Source: Chiayiivirga sp.
GTDB taxonomy: Bacteria; Pseudomonadota; Gammaproteobacteria; Xanthomonadales; Xanthomonadaceae
Assembly (NCBI GenBank): GCA_035703435.1
Contig: DASSYF010000016.1
Location: 5,429 to 69,428 of the forward strand
Direction of reading: 5' to 3'
DNA length: 64,000 nucleotides
The translations under genes were made by a program, and so were the position numbers. Below the pieces are notes generated by a model. It saw only the letters and a program-made list of their open reading frames with translations. It had not been told where the DNA came from and did no database searches. Positions within the stretch are counted from its first letter, which is position 1. The number at the start of each line of letters is the position of its first letter. This document shows, piece by piece, positions 7,392 to 16,048 of the stretch.

Positions 7392-8600
7392 TCAACTGGC
7401 CTTGCGGATCGCCACCACGTTTGCGCCGGTGCGCAGGGCGTCCAGATAATCGGCCCATGCCGTCATCATCTTGCGGCGCTCGGGCAGGTGCGCGGTGCGG
7501 TTGTAACTTCGCCCGTTGGGGTCTTTCACGGCATGCGCCAGCTGGTGTTCGATCAGGTCGGGACGGAATCCCAAGACTTCATCAAGCATCGTGCGAGCCG
7601 ATGCGCGGAAGCCGTGGGCAACGGCGGTAGTGCCGTCGATTCCCAGCGTGCGCAGGGCGACGTTTACCGCGTTCTCGGACATGGGCCGCGCTGCACTGCG
7701 CGCGCCGGGAAAGACGTACTCGCTGCGCTTGGTCAGCGGGTGCAGGTCGCGCAGGATATCCATGGCCTGCGATGCGAGCGGGACAACGTGGTCGGTGCGG
7801 GTCTTGGTCACGAAGTAACGCCATTCGCAGGCGTCCCAATCCACGCCATCCCATCGCATCGTGCGCAGTTCGCCGGGCCGGACGAACAGGTACGGGGTCA
7901 GGCGCAAGGCGGCTTGCACCACGGGCGTTCCCTGATAGCCCCACATGGCGCGCAACAGGTCGGCCATCTGTGCCGGTTCGGTCTGTGCCGCAAAGTGCGC
8001 GGTCTGTGGCCGTTCCAGTGCGCCGATCAGGTCGGATGCCGGATTGCGTTCGGCGCGCCCGGTGGCGACGCCATAGCGGAATACGCGGCTTGCCAACCCG
8101 CGCGCCCGGTGTGCGGTTTCCAACACGCCCCGCGCCTCGATCTTGCGCAACGCGGCCAGCAGGACAGGCGCGGTCACGTCGGCAATGGGCAAATCGGCGA
8201 TGCTCGCCATGTCGCGTTCGATCAAGCGGCGCTCGCGCTGCACCGATCCGGCCCCCATGCCTTCGCGTTCGCGCTTGGCGAGCAGTTCCAGCGCCACGGC
8301 TGCGAAGGAATTGGTCGCGCGTTCTGCCTGCGATGCCTTGCGGTCGCGGGCGGCCTGTGCCGGATTGATGCCTTCCGCCAACAGCTTGCGGGCTTCGTCG
8401 CGGCGCTCGCGTGCTTCCCCAAGGCTCACGGTCGGATAGCTGCCCATCGCAAGCATGCTGGCCTTGCCGTCGAAGCGATAGCGGTAGCGCCAGTTCCTGC
8501 CCCCGGCTGGCGTGACTTCAATCGCCAGCCCCTGCGCATCTGCAACACGGTACAGCTTGGGGCGCGGCTTCAGGGCGCGAAGCTTGGTATCGGTCAGCAT
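7392..8600 (-). CDS. int: P4-family tyrosine integrase
   Basis: 'MLTDTKLRALKP...DAQGLAIEV...WRYRYRFDGK...GSYPTVSL'; catalytic 'VRPGELR', 'HGFRASART', 'QLAH', 'Y'; RBS AGGAG before ATG 8600. Confidence 0.95.
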   Translation of the reverse strand: MLTDTKLRALKPRPKLYRVADAQGLAIEVTPAGGRNWRYRYRFDGKASMLAMGSYPTVSLGEARERRDEARKLLAEGINPAQAARDRKASQAERATNSFAAVALELLAKREREGMGAGSVQRERRLIERDMASIADLPIADVTAPVLLAALRKIEARGVLETAHRARGLASRVFRYGVATGRAERNPASDLIGALERPQTAHFAAQTEPAQMADLLRAMWGYQGTPVVQAALRLTPYLFVRPGELRTMRWDGVDWDACEWRYFVTKTRTDHVVPLASQAMDILRDLHPLTKRSEYVFPGARSAARPMSENAVNVALRTLGIDGTTAVAHGFRASARTMLDEVLGFRPDLIEHQLAHAVKDPNGRSYNRTAHLPERRKMMTAWADYLDALRTGANVVAIRKAS

Positions 8601-8664
8601 GTGAGTAGGCTCCTGTGAGTAGATGCCTTGCCGGACAGGCCATCTACTCACAATCCTACTCACA
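8600..8664. promoter_or_regulatory. Four CTACTCACA motifs (two inverted pairs) over the integrase RBS; arm-type sites
   Basis: TGTGAGTAG at 8600 and 8614; CTACTCACA at 8644 and 8656. Confidence 0.7.
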
Positions 8665-8706
8665 ATTTTTCGGGATGCAATGGGACGGCCTGAACCGTCC
8701 AGACAC

Positions 8707-8732
8707 AAAAAAACCCGCTGTTATGCGGGTTT
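8707..8732 (-). terminator. Terminator downstream of tRNA-Met, inside the element
   Basis: Minus strand AAACCCGC-ataaca-GCGGGTTTTTTT. Confidence 0.75.
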
Positions 8733-8776
8733 AGGCGGTTTCTTGGGACTTCGTGGGACGCCCTGAAACGGGCGGA

Positions 8777-8853
8777 TGGTGGCTATGGGTGGACTCGAAC
8801 CACCGACCCCGGCATTATGAGTGCCGTGCTCTAACCGGCTGAGCTACATAGCC
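8777..8853 (-). tRNA. tRNA-Met (CAT, elongator)
   Basis: GGCTATGTAGCTCAGCCGGTTAGAGCACGGCACTCATAATGCCGGGGTCGGTGGTTCGAGTCCACCCATAGCCACCA; 77 nt, encoded CCA, resembles E. coli metT-type tRNA. Confidence 0.95.
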
Positions 8854-8962
8854 ATGCGGAAAATCGCGTGCGGCAGGGTGTTGGCGCCACACGCGGCCGC
8901 GCAGTTTAGCGCGTGACGGCGTGAAGTCCAAGCGTTTTGCGGGAGCGTTTTGCGGGAGTGGC

Positions 8963-9301
8963 TCAGTTCCAGCGATAAATCGTGTAGTAAACCGGCGCAA
9001 CGCTGCCGCGACCATCGTCTTTGTCCAGACGGCCATCGCCATTGGTATCCATCAGGGTGTAGGAAATGCCGTTGGGTGGCGTCACCTTGACCATGTACAG
9101 GCGGCCATCCTGACGGTACTCCTCTACGGTATCGCCGTTGTCGCGCCGACTGATGGTGACGGCGGGCGCTTGTGATGGATCGTCGGTGGCGGTGAGCTTG
9201 TCCGGCAGGGCGTGTTCGCGGGGTGCCGGTTCGTCCTGCGCCAGTGCCGGCGCACTGATCAAAACGCAGCTGCCGAGCAGCAACAGGTGAGCGATGCGCA
9301 T
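8963..9301 (-). CDS. DUF2782 domain exported protein
   Basis: Signal peptide; 'VEEYRQDGRLYMVKVTP..G.SYTLMDTNGDG'. Confidence 0.85.
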   Translation of the reverse strand: MRIAHLLLLGSCVLISAPALAQDEPAPREHALPDKLTATDDPSQAPAVTISRRDNGDTVEEYRQDGRLYMVKVTPPNGISYTLMDTNGDGRLDKDDGRGSVAPVYYTIYRWN

Positions 9302-9387
9302 GGTATGGGCCTCCGGAAGTCGGGCGGCAAGCATAGCGCGGCGGCTACGCTCCACGGCACGCCGCAAGTCGGCCCGTTCAGCCCTTT

Positions 9388-9489
9388 ATTGATCCGGTCC
9401 TTGTTTCGTAGCAATGGAGCGTGCTCCATTGCCTGCCGAGCAAGCTCGGCAGCTACACCAGGTTTGGGCAATCCGGGGACCGGATCAAT
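9388..9489. repeat. REP doublet (GTAG-type) nested in a 13-bp outer inverted repeat, copy 1
   Basis: ATTGATCCGGTCC ... GTAGCAATGGAGCGTGCTCCATTGCCTGCCGAGCAAGCTCGGCAGCTAC ... GGACCGGATCAAT; second copy at 29760..29859. Confidence 0.75.
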
Positions 9490-9612
9490 GGTGCTGGTGG
9501 CCGTCGATGCTCGCGTGCGCAAACGCCAGAGGGTCGGCACCGTGCCACGGTCGGCCTTGCCGTGCGCGGGCCATGGCCGCACACTGTGGCTCTTTCGCAA
9601 CAAGCCCGAGCC

Positions 9613-10983
9613 ATGTCCGACGCCCGCATCCTTGTCATCGACGATGAGCCTGACATTCGTGCGGGCTTGACCGACATTCTGGAGGACGAAGGCTACCGCG
9701 TGGTGGCTGCGGCCAACGCCAATGAGGCGCGCGCGCAGTTGGCGCAATCACGCTTCGATGCGGTGCTGCTGGACATTTGGATGCCGGGCACGGATGGCAT
9801 CGCGCTGTTGCGCGAGTGGGTGGCCGCCGGTGAACTGCCGCAGCCGGTGGTGATGATGTCGGGCCACGGCACGGTGGAAACGGCGGTGGAGGCCACGCGA
9901 CTGGGTGCGTATGACTTCATCGAGAAGCCGGTGGCCTTGGCACGGCTGTTGATCGTGCTTGAACGTGCGCTGGAGGCACAGCGCCTGCGTCTGGCCAATC
10001 GCAGTTTGCAACAGCGCGCCGGATCGCTGTACGAGCCGATGGGGAACTCGCCCGCATTCGTGGCGATGCTGGCCCAGCTCGAACGGCTGGCCACGCACGA
10101 TGCCGCCATTCTGCTGCGCGGCGAAACCGGCGTCGGCAAGGAGTCGCTGGCGCGCTGGATGCACGGCAAGAGTGCTCGCCGCGACCGACCGTTCGTGACC
10201 GTGGCGGCGGGTGCCATTCCCGATGATCAGGCCGCGGTCGCGTTGTTCGGCAGCGAGGGTGCCGAGGGCATCTCGGCCGGGCTGCTGGAACAGGCCAACG
10301 GCGGCACCCTGTATCTGGACGAAATTGCCGAACTGGGTGCCGAGGTGCAACTGCGCCTGTCCAGTGCATTGGAACGGCGCCAGATCCTGCGTATCGGTGG
10401 CCGTGTGCCGGCAGCTCTGGATGTGCGCGTGATGGCGGCCAGTTCACGCGATCTGGACGCCGAGCGCGCGGCCGGCAATCTCCGCGATGAATTGTTCTTC
10501 CAACTCAACGTGCTGCCGATCAAGGTGCCCGCTTTACGCGAGCGTGGCGCGGACGTGGACCTTCTGGTGCAGCATTTCGATCGCGAGTATGCCGCACGCG
10601 ACGGCGTGCCGGCGCGGATTTGGCCGAACGACGTATTGGCCCGCCTGCGGCAGCAGCGCTGGCCGGGCAATGTGCGTGAGTTGCGCGCTCTGGCACAGCG
10701 ATTGGGCTTGATGGGGCGGGGAGAAGTCACCCTCGACGAAATCGAACCGGCCTCGGGTGGGCGTTCCGACAGCAGCGCCATGGTGTCTACCGATCACCAT
10801 CCGCTGGACTTGAGCCAGCCGCTGCGCGAGGCGCGCGATGGTTTTGAACGTGCCTACCTGCTTCGGCAGTTGCAGGTTGCCGGTGGCAGCGTGGGCCAAC
10901 TGGCGCAATTGTCGGGCATGGAGCGCACGCATCTGTATCGCAAGCTGCGCGACCTCGGCATCGACATCAAGGGCAACGGCTGA
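9613..10983 (+). CDS. Sigma-54-type (NtrX-like) response regulator: REC-AAA+-Fis HTH
   Basis: 'ILVIDDEPDIR', 'LLDIWMPG', 'GETGVGKE', 'WPGNVREL', 'MERTHLYRKLRDLGI'. Confidence 0.9.
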   Translation: MSDARILVIDDEPDIRAGLTDILEDEGYRVVAAANANEARAQLAQSRFDAVLLDIWMPGTDGIALLREWVAAGELPQPVVMMSGHGTVETAVEATRLGAYDFIEKPVALARLLIVLERALEAQRLRLANRSLQQRAGSLYEPMGNSPAFVAMLAQLERLATHDAAILLRGETGVGKESLARWMHGKSARRDRPFVTVAAGAIPDDQAAVALFGSEGAEGISAGLLEQANGGTLYLDEIAELGAEVQLRLSSALERRQILRIGGRVPAALDVRVMAASSRDLDAERAAGNLRDELFFQLNVLPIKVPALRERGADVDLLVQHFDREYAARDGVPARIWPNDVLARLRQQRWPGNVRELRALAQRLGLMGRGEVTLDEIEPASGGRSDSSAMVSTDHHPLDLSQPLREARDGFERAYLLRQLQVAGGSVGQLAQLSGMERTHLYRKLRDLGIDIKGNG

Positions 10984-11115
10984 TGGAGCCGGCGAAGGAG
11001 AATGGCTGATGACCCGACATCGCGACCCGTTGAGGCGTATCCGCCTGCATCACGCGGCCATCGTATCGGACTTGCGCACGGCAGTGCGGCGGCCGATTGA
11101 GCGTGTGCTTCACCC

Positions 11116-11141
11116 TTCCCGATTCCCGATTCCCGATTCCC
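11116..11141. repeat. TTCCCGA/GGGAATC heptamer tandem repeat
   Basis: ttcccgattcccgattcccgattccc just before trkA; this heptamer type is common in Xanthomonadales. Confidence 0.7.
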
Positions 11142-11148
11142 TGCCCAC

Positions 11149-12528
11149 ATGAAAATCCTCATCCTCGGTGCGGGACAGGTTGGCGCCTCGGTGGCCTCGG
11201 CTTTGACCGGCGAGAACAACGACATCACCGTGATCGACAGCAACCCGCGTCGCCTTGAGGAATTGTCGGAGCGACTGGACCTGCGCACCTTCCTCGGCCA
11301 CGCCTCGCTGCCCAGCGTGCTGGAAGCCGCTGGCGCCAACGATGCGGAACTGATGATTGCCGTCACCAGCAGCGATGAGGTCAATCTGATTGCCTGCCAG
11401 GTGGCCGATGCTCTGTTCAAGACGCCCACCAAGATCGCGCGCGTGCGCCGATCGGAATACTTCGAGTATCCCGAGTTGGTGCAGCGTCGTGGCACCGCCG
11501 TGGATGTGGCGATCAGCCCGGAACAACTGGTGTGTACCCATGTGCAGCGCTTGATCGAATATCCGGGTGCGATGCAGGTGCTGGACTTTGCCCAGGGCAA
11601 GGTGCAGATGGTGGCCGTACGCACCATCGAGGGCGGCATCTTGGTCGGCAAGCAGATCGCGCAAGTGCACGAGCGCCTGCCGCCCGGCATCGACATGCGG
11701 GTGGCTGCGATCTATCGCTGTGGCAAGCCGATCTCGCCCAAGCCAGATACCGAAATCGAAGTCGATGACGAGGTGTTCTTTCTGGTTCAGCAGCGCGATA
11801 TCCGCGCGGTGATGGAGGCCTTGCGTCCCAAGCACAAACCGGTGCGCCGCATCCTCATCGCCGGCGGCGGCAATATCGGGGTTTCGCTGGCCAAGGCGCT
11901 GGAAGAGCGTTATGGGGTAAAACTTCTGGAGCGCAACCGCGAGCGCACCCCGGCGATTGCCGAGTCCTTGCAGAGCACCATCGTGCTGGTGGGTGATTGC
12001 ACCGATGAGGATCTCTTGCGCGAAGAGAACATCGATCAGACCGACATTTTCTGCGCGCTCACCAATGACGATGAATCCAACATCCTGTCGGCGATGTTGG
12101 CCAAGCGTATGGGCTGCCCGCGCGTGATTGCGCTCATCAATCGGCCGGCCTATGCCGAGTTGGTCGAAGGCGACAGCAGCATCGACATCGCCGTCAGTCC
12201 GCAGCAGGTCACCCTCGGTGCGCTGCTGACCTATGTACGGCTCGGCAGCATGGTGCGTGTGCATTCCTTGCGTCGTGGCATGGCGGAAGCCATCGAAGCG
12301 GTTGCGGTGGGCGATGCGCGAACCTCGCGCGTGATCGGGCGGGCGCTGGAGGATCTCGAACTGCCGGCCTCGGCCAACGTGGTCGGTGTGATTCGCGGTG
12401 AGCGATTGCTGATTGCCCATCACGATGTGACGGTGGAGCCGGACGATCACCTCATCGTGTTCCTGCACGACAAGCGTGAACTGGCGAAGCTGGAAGCCCT
12501 GTTCCGCGCCGACGCGACCTGGTTCTGA
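11149..12528 (+). CDS. trkA: Trk potassium uptake NAD-binding subunit
   Basis: Two RCK-N domains 'MKILILGAGQVG' and 'ILIAGGGNIG'; 459 aa. Confidence 0.96.
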   Translation: MKILILGAGQVGASVASALTGENNDITVIDSNPRRLEELSERLDLRTFLGHASLPSVLEAAGANDAELMIAVTSSDEVNLIACQVADALFKTPTKIARVRRSEYFEYPELVQRRGTAVDVAISPEQLVCTHVQRLIEYPGAMQVLDFAQGKVQMVAVRTIEGGILVGKQIAQVHERLPPGIDMRVAAIYRCGKPISPKPDTEIEVDDEVFFLVQQRDIRAVMEALRPKHKPVRRILIAGGGNIGVSLAKALEERYGVKLLERNRERTPAIAESLQSTIVLVGDCTDEDLLREENIDQTDIFCALTNDDESNILSAMLAKRMGCPRVIALINRPAYAELVEGDSSIDIAVSPQQVTLGALLTYVRLGSMVRVHSLRRGMAEAIEAVAVGDARTSRVIGRALEDLELPASANVVGVIRGERLLIAHHDVTVEPDDHLIVFLHDKRELAKLEALFRADATWF

Positions 12529-12531
12529 GTC

Positions 12532-13986
12532 ATGCCGCAGCGCTTCTTGACCATTCAGAAGGTGCTGGGCGCGCTGTTGATGCTGGCATCACTTTTTCCC
12601 GTGCCGCCACTGGCTTTGGCCGTGGTGTTGGGTGAGTCCACCGTCGTGGCCTTTGCCGGCACCTTCCTGATCACCTCCGTGCTCGGCTTGGTCTTGTGGT
12701 GGCCGGTGCGCCGGGTTCGCCACCCCCTGCGTTTGCGCGACGGGTTTCTGATCACCACGGCGGCCTGGACCGTAGCCTCGCTGGTGGCAAGTCTGCCGTT
12801 CATGCTGGCGTCGCCCGCGCTGTCGTTCACCCATGCCGTTTTCGAGTCGGTGTCGGGCCTGAGCACGACCGGTGCGACCAGCATTTCGGGCATCGATGGC
12901 CTGCCGCGCAGCATGTTGTTGTATCGACAATCGCTCAATTTCTACGGTGGCATGGGTATCGTGCTGTTGGCCGTGGCGATCATGCCGATGCTGCGTGTGG
13001 GTGGCATGCAGCTTTTCCGCGCCGAGGCCACCGGCCCGACCAAGGACACCAAGCTCACCCCACGCATTGCCGAAACCGCCAAGGCGCTGTGGAAGGTGTA
13101 TCTGGGCCTCAACATCCTGTGCGCACTCGCGTTCTGGGCGGCAGGCATGAGCCTGTTCGATGCGGTCTGCCATGCGTTGTCCACGGTATCGACGGCCGGT
13201 TTTTCCACCCATGACGCCAGCTTCGGTTACTGGGACAGCCCCATGATCGAGATGGTGGCAACGTGCTTCATGTTGGTGGGCGGCATCAATTTCGGCCTGC
13301 ATTACGTGGCCTGGCGACGCGCCACCACGGCAGCGTATCTGCGTGATACCGAACTGCGCTTCTTCCTGCTGGTGGCCGTGGTGGTCACCGTGATCGTGAC
13401 CGTGGTGCTGTGGCTCAGTGGTGAATACAGCTCCCTGCTGCAGGCTTTCCGCTTTGCCTCGTTCCAGACCGTGGCCAATCTCACCACCACGGGCTACACC
13501 TCGGACGATTTCTCGCTATGGCCTTCGTTCGTGCCGCTGCTGTTGATCCTGGTGGCTTTCGTCGGCGGTTCCAGCGGTTCCACCTCGGGTGGCATGAAGG
13601 TGGCGCGGGTGACGATGGCGGTGCGGCAGAGTTTGCGTGAGGTCAAGCAGCTGGTGCATCCCAAGGGTCAATTCATCGTCAAGATGGCCGGCCGGCGTGT
13701 GCCCGAGCACATCGTTCTGGCGGTGAGCGGGTTTTGCACCTTGTACGTGCTGTGCTTTGCACTGGTGACCGTCGCACTCACCATGACCGGCGTGGACATC
13801 ATCACCGCGTTTGCGGCGGCGGCCTCATCCATCAACAACCTGGGGCCGGGTCTGGGCGAGATTTCGGTGCACTTTGGCACCATGCCGGCCCCGGCGGTGT
13901 GGATTTGCTCGTTCGCCATGATGCTGGGGCGACTGGAAGTGTTCCCGGTGTTGGTGTTGTTCACACCGATGTTCTGGCGTGAATGA
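12532..13986 (+). CDS. trkH: Trk potassium uptake membrane subunit
   Basis: 'FESVSGLSTTGAT', 'TTTGY', 'GSTSGGMK', 'NNLGPG', 'MMLGRLE'. Confidence 0.96.
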   Translation: MPQRFLTIQKVLGALLMLASLFPVPPLALAVVLGESTVVAFAGTFLITSVLGLVLWWPVRRVRHPLRLRDGFLITTAAWTVASLVASLPFMLASPALSFTHAVFESVSGLSTTGATSISGIDGLPRSMLLYRQSLNFYGGMGIVLLAVAIMPMLRVGGMQLFRAEATGPTKDTKLTPRIAETAKALWKVYLGLNILCALAFWAAGMSLFDAVCHALSTVSTAGFSTHDASFGYWDSPMIEMVATCFMLVGGINFGLHYVAWRRATTAAYLRDTELRFFLLVAVVVTVIVTVVLWLSGEYSSLLQAFRFASFQTVANLTTTGYTSDDFSLWPSFVPLLLILVAFVGGSSGSTSGGMKVARVTMAVRQSLREVKQLVHPKGQFIVKMAGRRVPEHIVLAVSGFCTLYVLCFALVTVALTMTGVDIITAFAAAASSINNLGPGLGEISVHFGTMPAPAVWICSFAMMLGRLEVFPVLVLFTPMFWRE

Positions 13987-13995
13987 GGCGCGGGT

Positions 13996-15564
13996 TCAAC
14001 ACCGCCACTGACTGCTCGCCACGCGCACCGACAGGGTGTCGAACAGCGCCCGGGCTTCAGCTTCGGGCAGGTGCCAAAGGTGCAGTCGATGCCCGAGCGG
14101 ATTGGCGCCTGCCGTATCGGCGTGCAGGCGCGCCATGCCGTGTCGACGATCGAAGGGCGACTGCAGCAGGCGCAGCCCCTGAAGTTTGTCGATGCGGGCA
14201 AAGGACAGGCGCCGATCCAGCCATCCGCTACGCCAGATCAGGAGGGTTTCGGTGAGTACAAAGCCGGCCGTAGCCGCCTGCTTGCGCGCCACGAAAATCC
14301 ACACCGGCAGCAGTAGCACGAGCAGAAGACTCGGCAAACCGAACCCGAGCAGCGAGACCGCGCACAGCAGCAGGGTCAGGACACAGGGCGGGACCGCCAG
14401 ACGCCGCCAGGCGCGTGGATGCACGGCCTGGAATACCAGCGGTTCGCGCCAGTCCGGCTCACACTGGCGCACGATGTCATCCAGCGCGGCCGGTGCGGCG
14501 ATGGGCACGAGCGCCGAGAGCGCGGCGTCCTTGCCGTCGCTTCGAAGGGTGGTGGTCTCGACACTCACACTGCGGCGATCGAGCCAGCGCATCAACAGGC
14601 CTTGCCGCAGACTCCAGTGCTGGATGCGCGACAGCGGCACGCTTGCGCGCACCCGCGTAATCAGCCCGCGTTCCACCGACACGCGCTCGTTCGAGCGTTC
14701 GAGGGTGAAGTCGTAGTCGCGCAGCAACACCAGCACGATGTTGATCACGCGCCCCAGCACCCAGGCCGCGATCAACACCACGCCAGCCAGCGCCAGCCAG
14801 ACCAGCCACGACAGATGCATTCCGCCGAGGAAATGACTCATGGATTGCGCCCAGGACTCGGCGTGGTCCTGGATGGACTCCTCGACGAGGTTGAACGCCG
14901 AGCCCATGGCGGCAAGAAAAAGCAGGGTGCCGCGGTCGGAAACGATCCCCAATTTGAGCAGCTCCGAGAGTGGCACCCGCAACAGCACCGTGGCTGCACT
15001 CGTCGCAGGTGACCGAGGCATCGATTCGAGGTGGGAATCGTGCACCGTGGTGGCCGACCCTGCGCCGTGCCGGTGCAACTCGACCAATTGTTCCAGCGCG
15101 CGGGCATCGTCCATCGACAGCACCTGCAGCCGCGCTTCCGGCTCATTGCCGGCGGCGGAGGATTCCAGTTGCACTTCGGCCACATCGAACGCGCGATGCA
15201 GGAGGTTGCGCTTCAAGCTCACCGCTTGGATCCGCGCCAGCGGCACGTGGCGCACCGTGCGTTGCAGCACACCGGTGGCAATCACCAGTTCATCGGCATC
15301 GATGCGAAAGCGCCAGGTGAAGTAACGCAACAGTGCCGCGATGGTCATGGCCGCCACGGCTACCAGTCCCCACCATTGCAAGGTGTCGTTCTCGCCACCC
15401 ACAAACAGCAGGACGATCAGCGGCAGCGCGAAACTTCGCAACTGCGCGAGCAACACGAAAGCCCATGAGAATGGATGCAGGCGGCGCTCGTCACCGGCCC
15501 CGAGCCGAGCCAGCGAGGCATCGGCATCGCGTGCTGCGGGCATCGGATCGCGTTCAGCCGGCAT
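13996..15564 (-). CDS. PH-domain membrane protein (YdbT-like)
   Basis: 'RLHPFSW', repeated bPH_2-like segments; coupled to the upstream short PH gene. Confidence 0.85.
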   Translation of the reverse strand: MPAERDPMPAARDADASLARLGAGDERRLHPFSWAFVLLAQLRSFALPLIVLLFVGGENDTLQWWGLVAVAAMTIAALLRYFTWRFRIDADELVIATGVLQRTVRHVPLARIQAVSLKRNLLHRAFDVAEVQLESSAAGNEPEARLQVLSMDDARALEQLVELHRHGAGSATTVHDSHLESMPRSPATSAATVLLRVPLSELLKLGIVSDRGTLLFLAAMGSAFNLVEESIQDHAESWAQSMSHFLGGMHLSWLVWLALAGVVLIAAWVLGRVINIVLVLLRDYDFTLERSNERVSVERGLITRVRASVPLSRIQHWSLRQGLLMRWLDRRSVSVETTTLRSDGKDAALSALVPIAAPAALDDIVRQCEPDWREPLVFQAVHPRAWRRLAVPPCVLTLLLCAVSLLGFGLPSLLLVLLLPVWIFVARKQAATAGFVLTETLLIWRSGWLDRRLSFARIDKLQGLRLLQSPFDRRHGMARLHADTAGANPLGHRLHLWHLPEAEARALFDTLSVRVASSQWRC

Positions 15565-16048
15565 CGGCCTCACCCTGAACCAAGGCATCGCGCAAGGCCT
15601 CGGCGCGGGCGGCCGGAAGGCCATTCAGACCCATTCGACCCAATTCCGTGCCCGCGGTATGGACGTACAGGCCTGCCAGGCCGAGGCGACGATCCAATGG
15701 CCCACGGTGCAGGTCGATATGTTGCAAGCGCGAGTGCGGGATCAATGCATCGCTACGCCACCACACCCCGCGCTGGATACGCAGGCCTTGCCCGGTCAAG
15801 GCAAAGCGCGTGCTGCGCCAGCGCGCACCGGCATACCACCATGCCCACACATACACTGCGCATGAGCCGATCAGGACAGCGGGCCTCATGGGATCGAGGG
15901 CATCCCAGAGCACGCTCAGTGGCCACAGGACCATCAAGATCAGCCCCAGCAGTGCGAACGTCGTCCACACCAGCGCGCCGATGCGCAAGCTCCAGCGTGC
16001 ACGCGGGTCGAGCGATTCGAACGGTGGCGCGGCGTGTGCATCAGTCAT
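15554..16048 (-). CDS. PH-domain membrane protein (YdbS-like)
   Basis: 'IPHSRLQHIDLHRGPLDRRLGLAGLYVHTAG'. Confidence 0.85.
   Translation of the reverse strand: MTDAHAAPPFESLDPRARWSLRIGALVWTTFALLGLILMVLWPLSVLWDALDPMRPAVLIGSCAVYVWAWWYAGARWRSTRFALTGQGLRIQRGVWWRSDALIPHSRLQHIDLHRGPLDRRLGLAGLYVHTAGTELGRMGLNGLPAARAEALRDALVQGEADAG

Larger units (their letters stand above)
3037..8790 (-). mobile_element. Integrated phage-satellite-like element (~5.75 kb) at tRNA-Met
   Basis: att copies at both ends; P4-type integrase next to the tRNA; AlpA; primase; all genes on minus with ATGA overlaps; 22-bp repeat inside both ends; no capsid or tail genes. Confidence 0.85.

Noticed and set aside
8777-8853. tRNA-Ile2(CAU) or initiator tRNA-fMet
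   Set aside because: The acceptor stem is fully paired (G1-C72) and the sequence follows the elongator metT pattern.
9432-9456. CTGCC...GGCAG hairpins at 9432 and ~29803 resembling CRISPR repeats
   Set aside because: They are halves of GTAG-type REP doublets, with different loop length and no GAAA handle.
11116-11141. Heptamer repeat as a novel element
   Set aside because: GGGAATC heptamer runs are already known intergenic repeats in Xanthomonadales; listed as a feature only.
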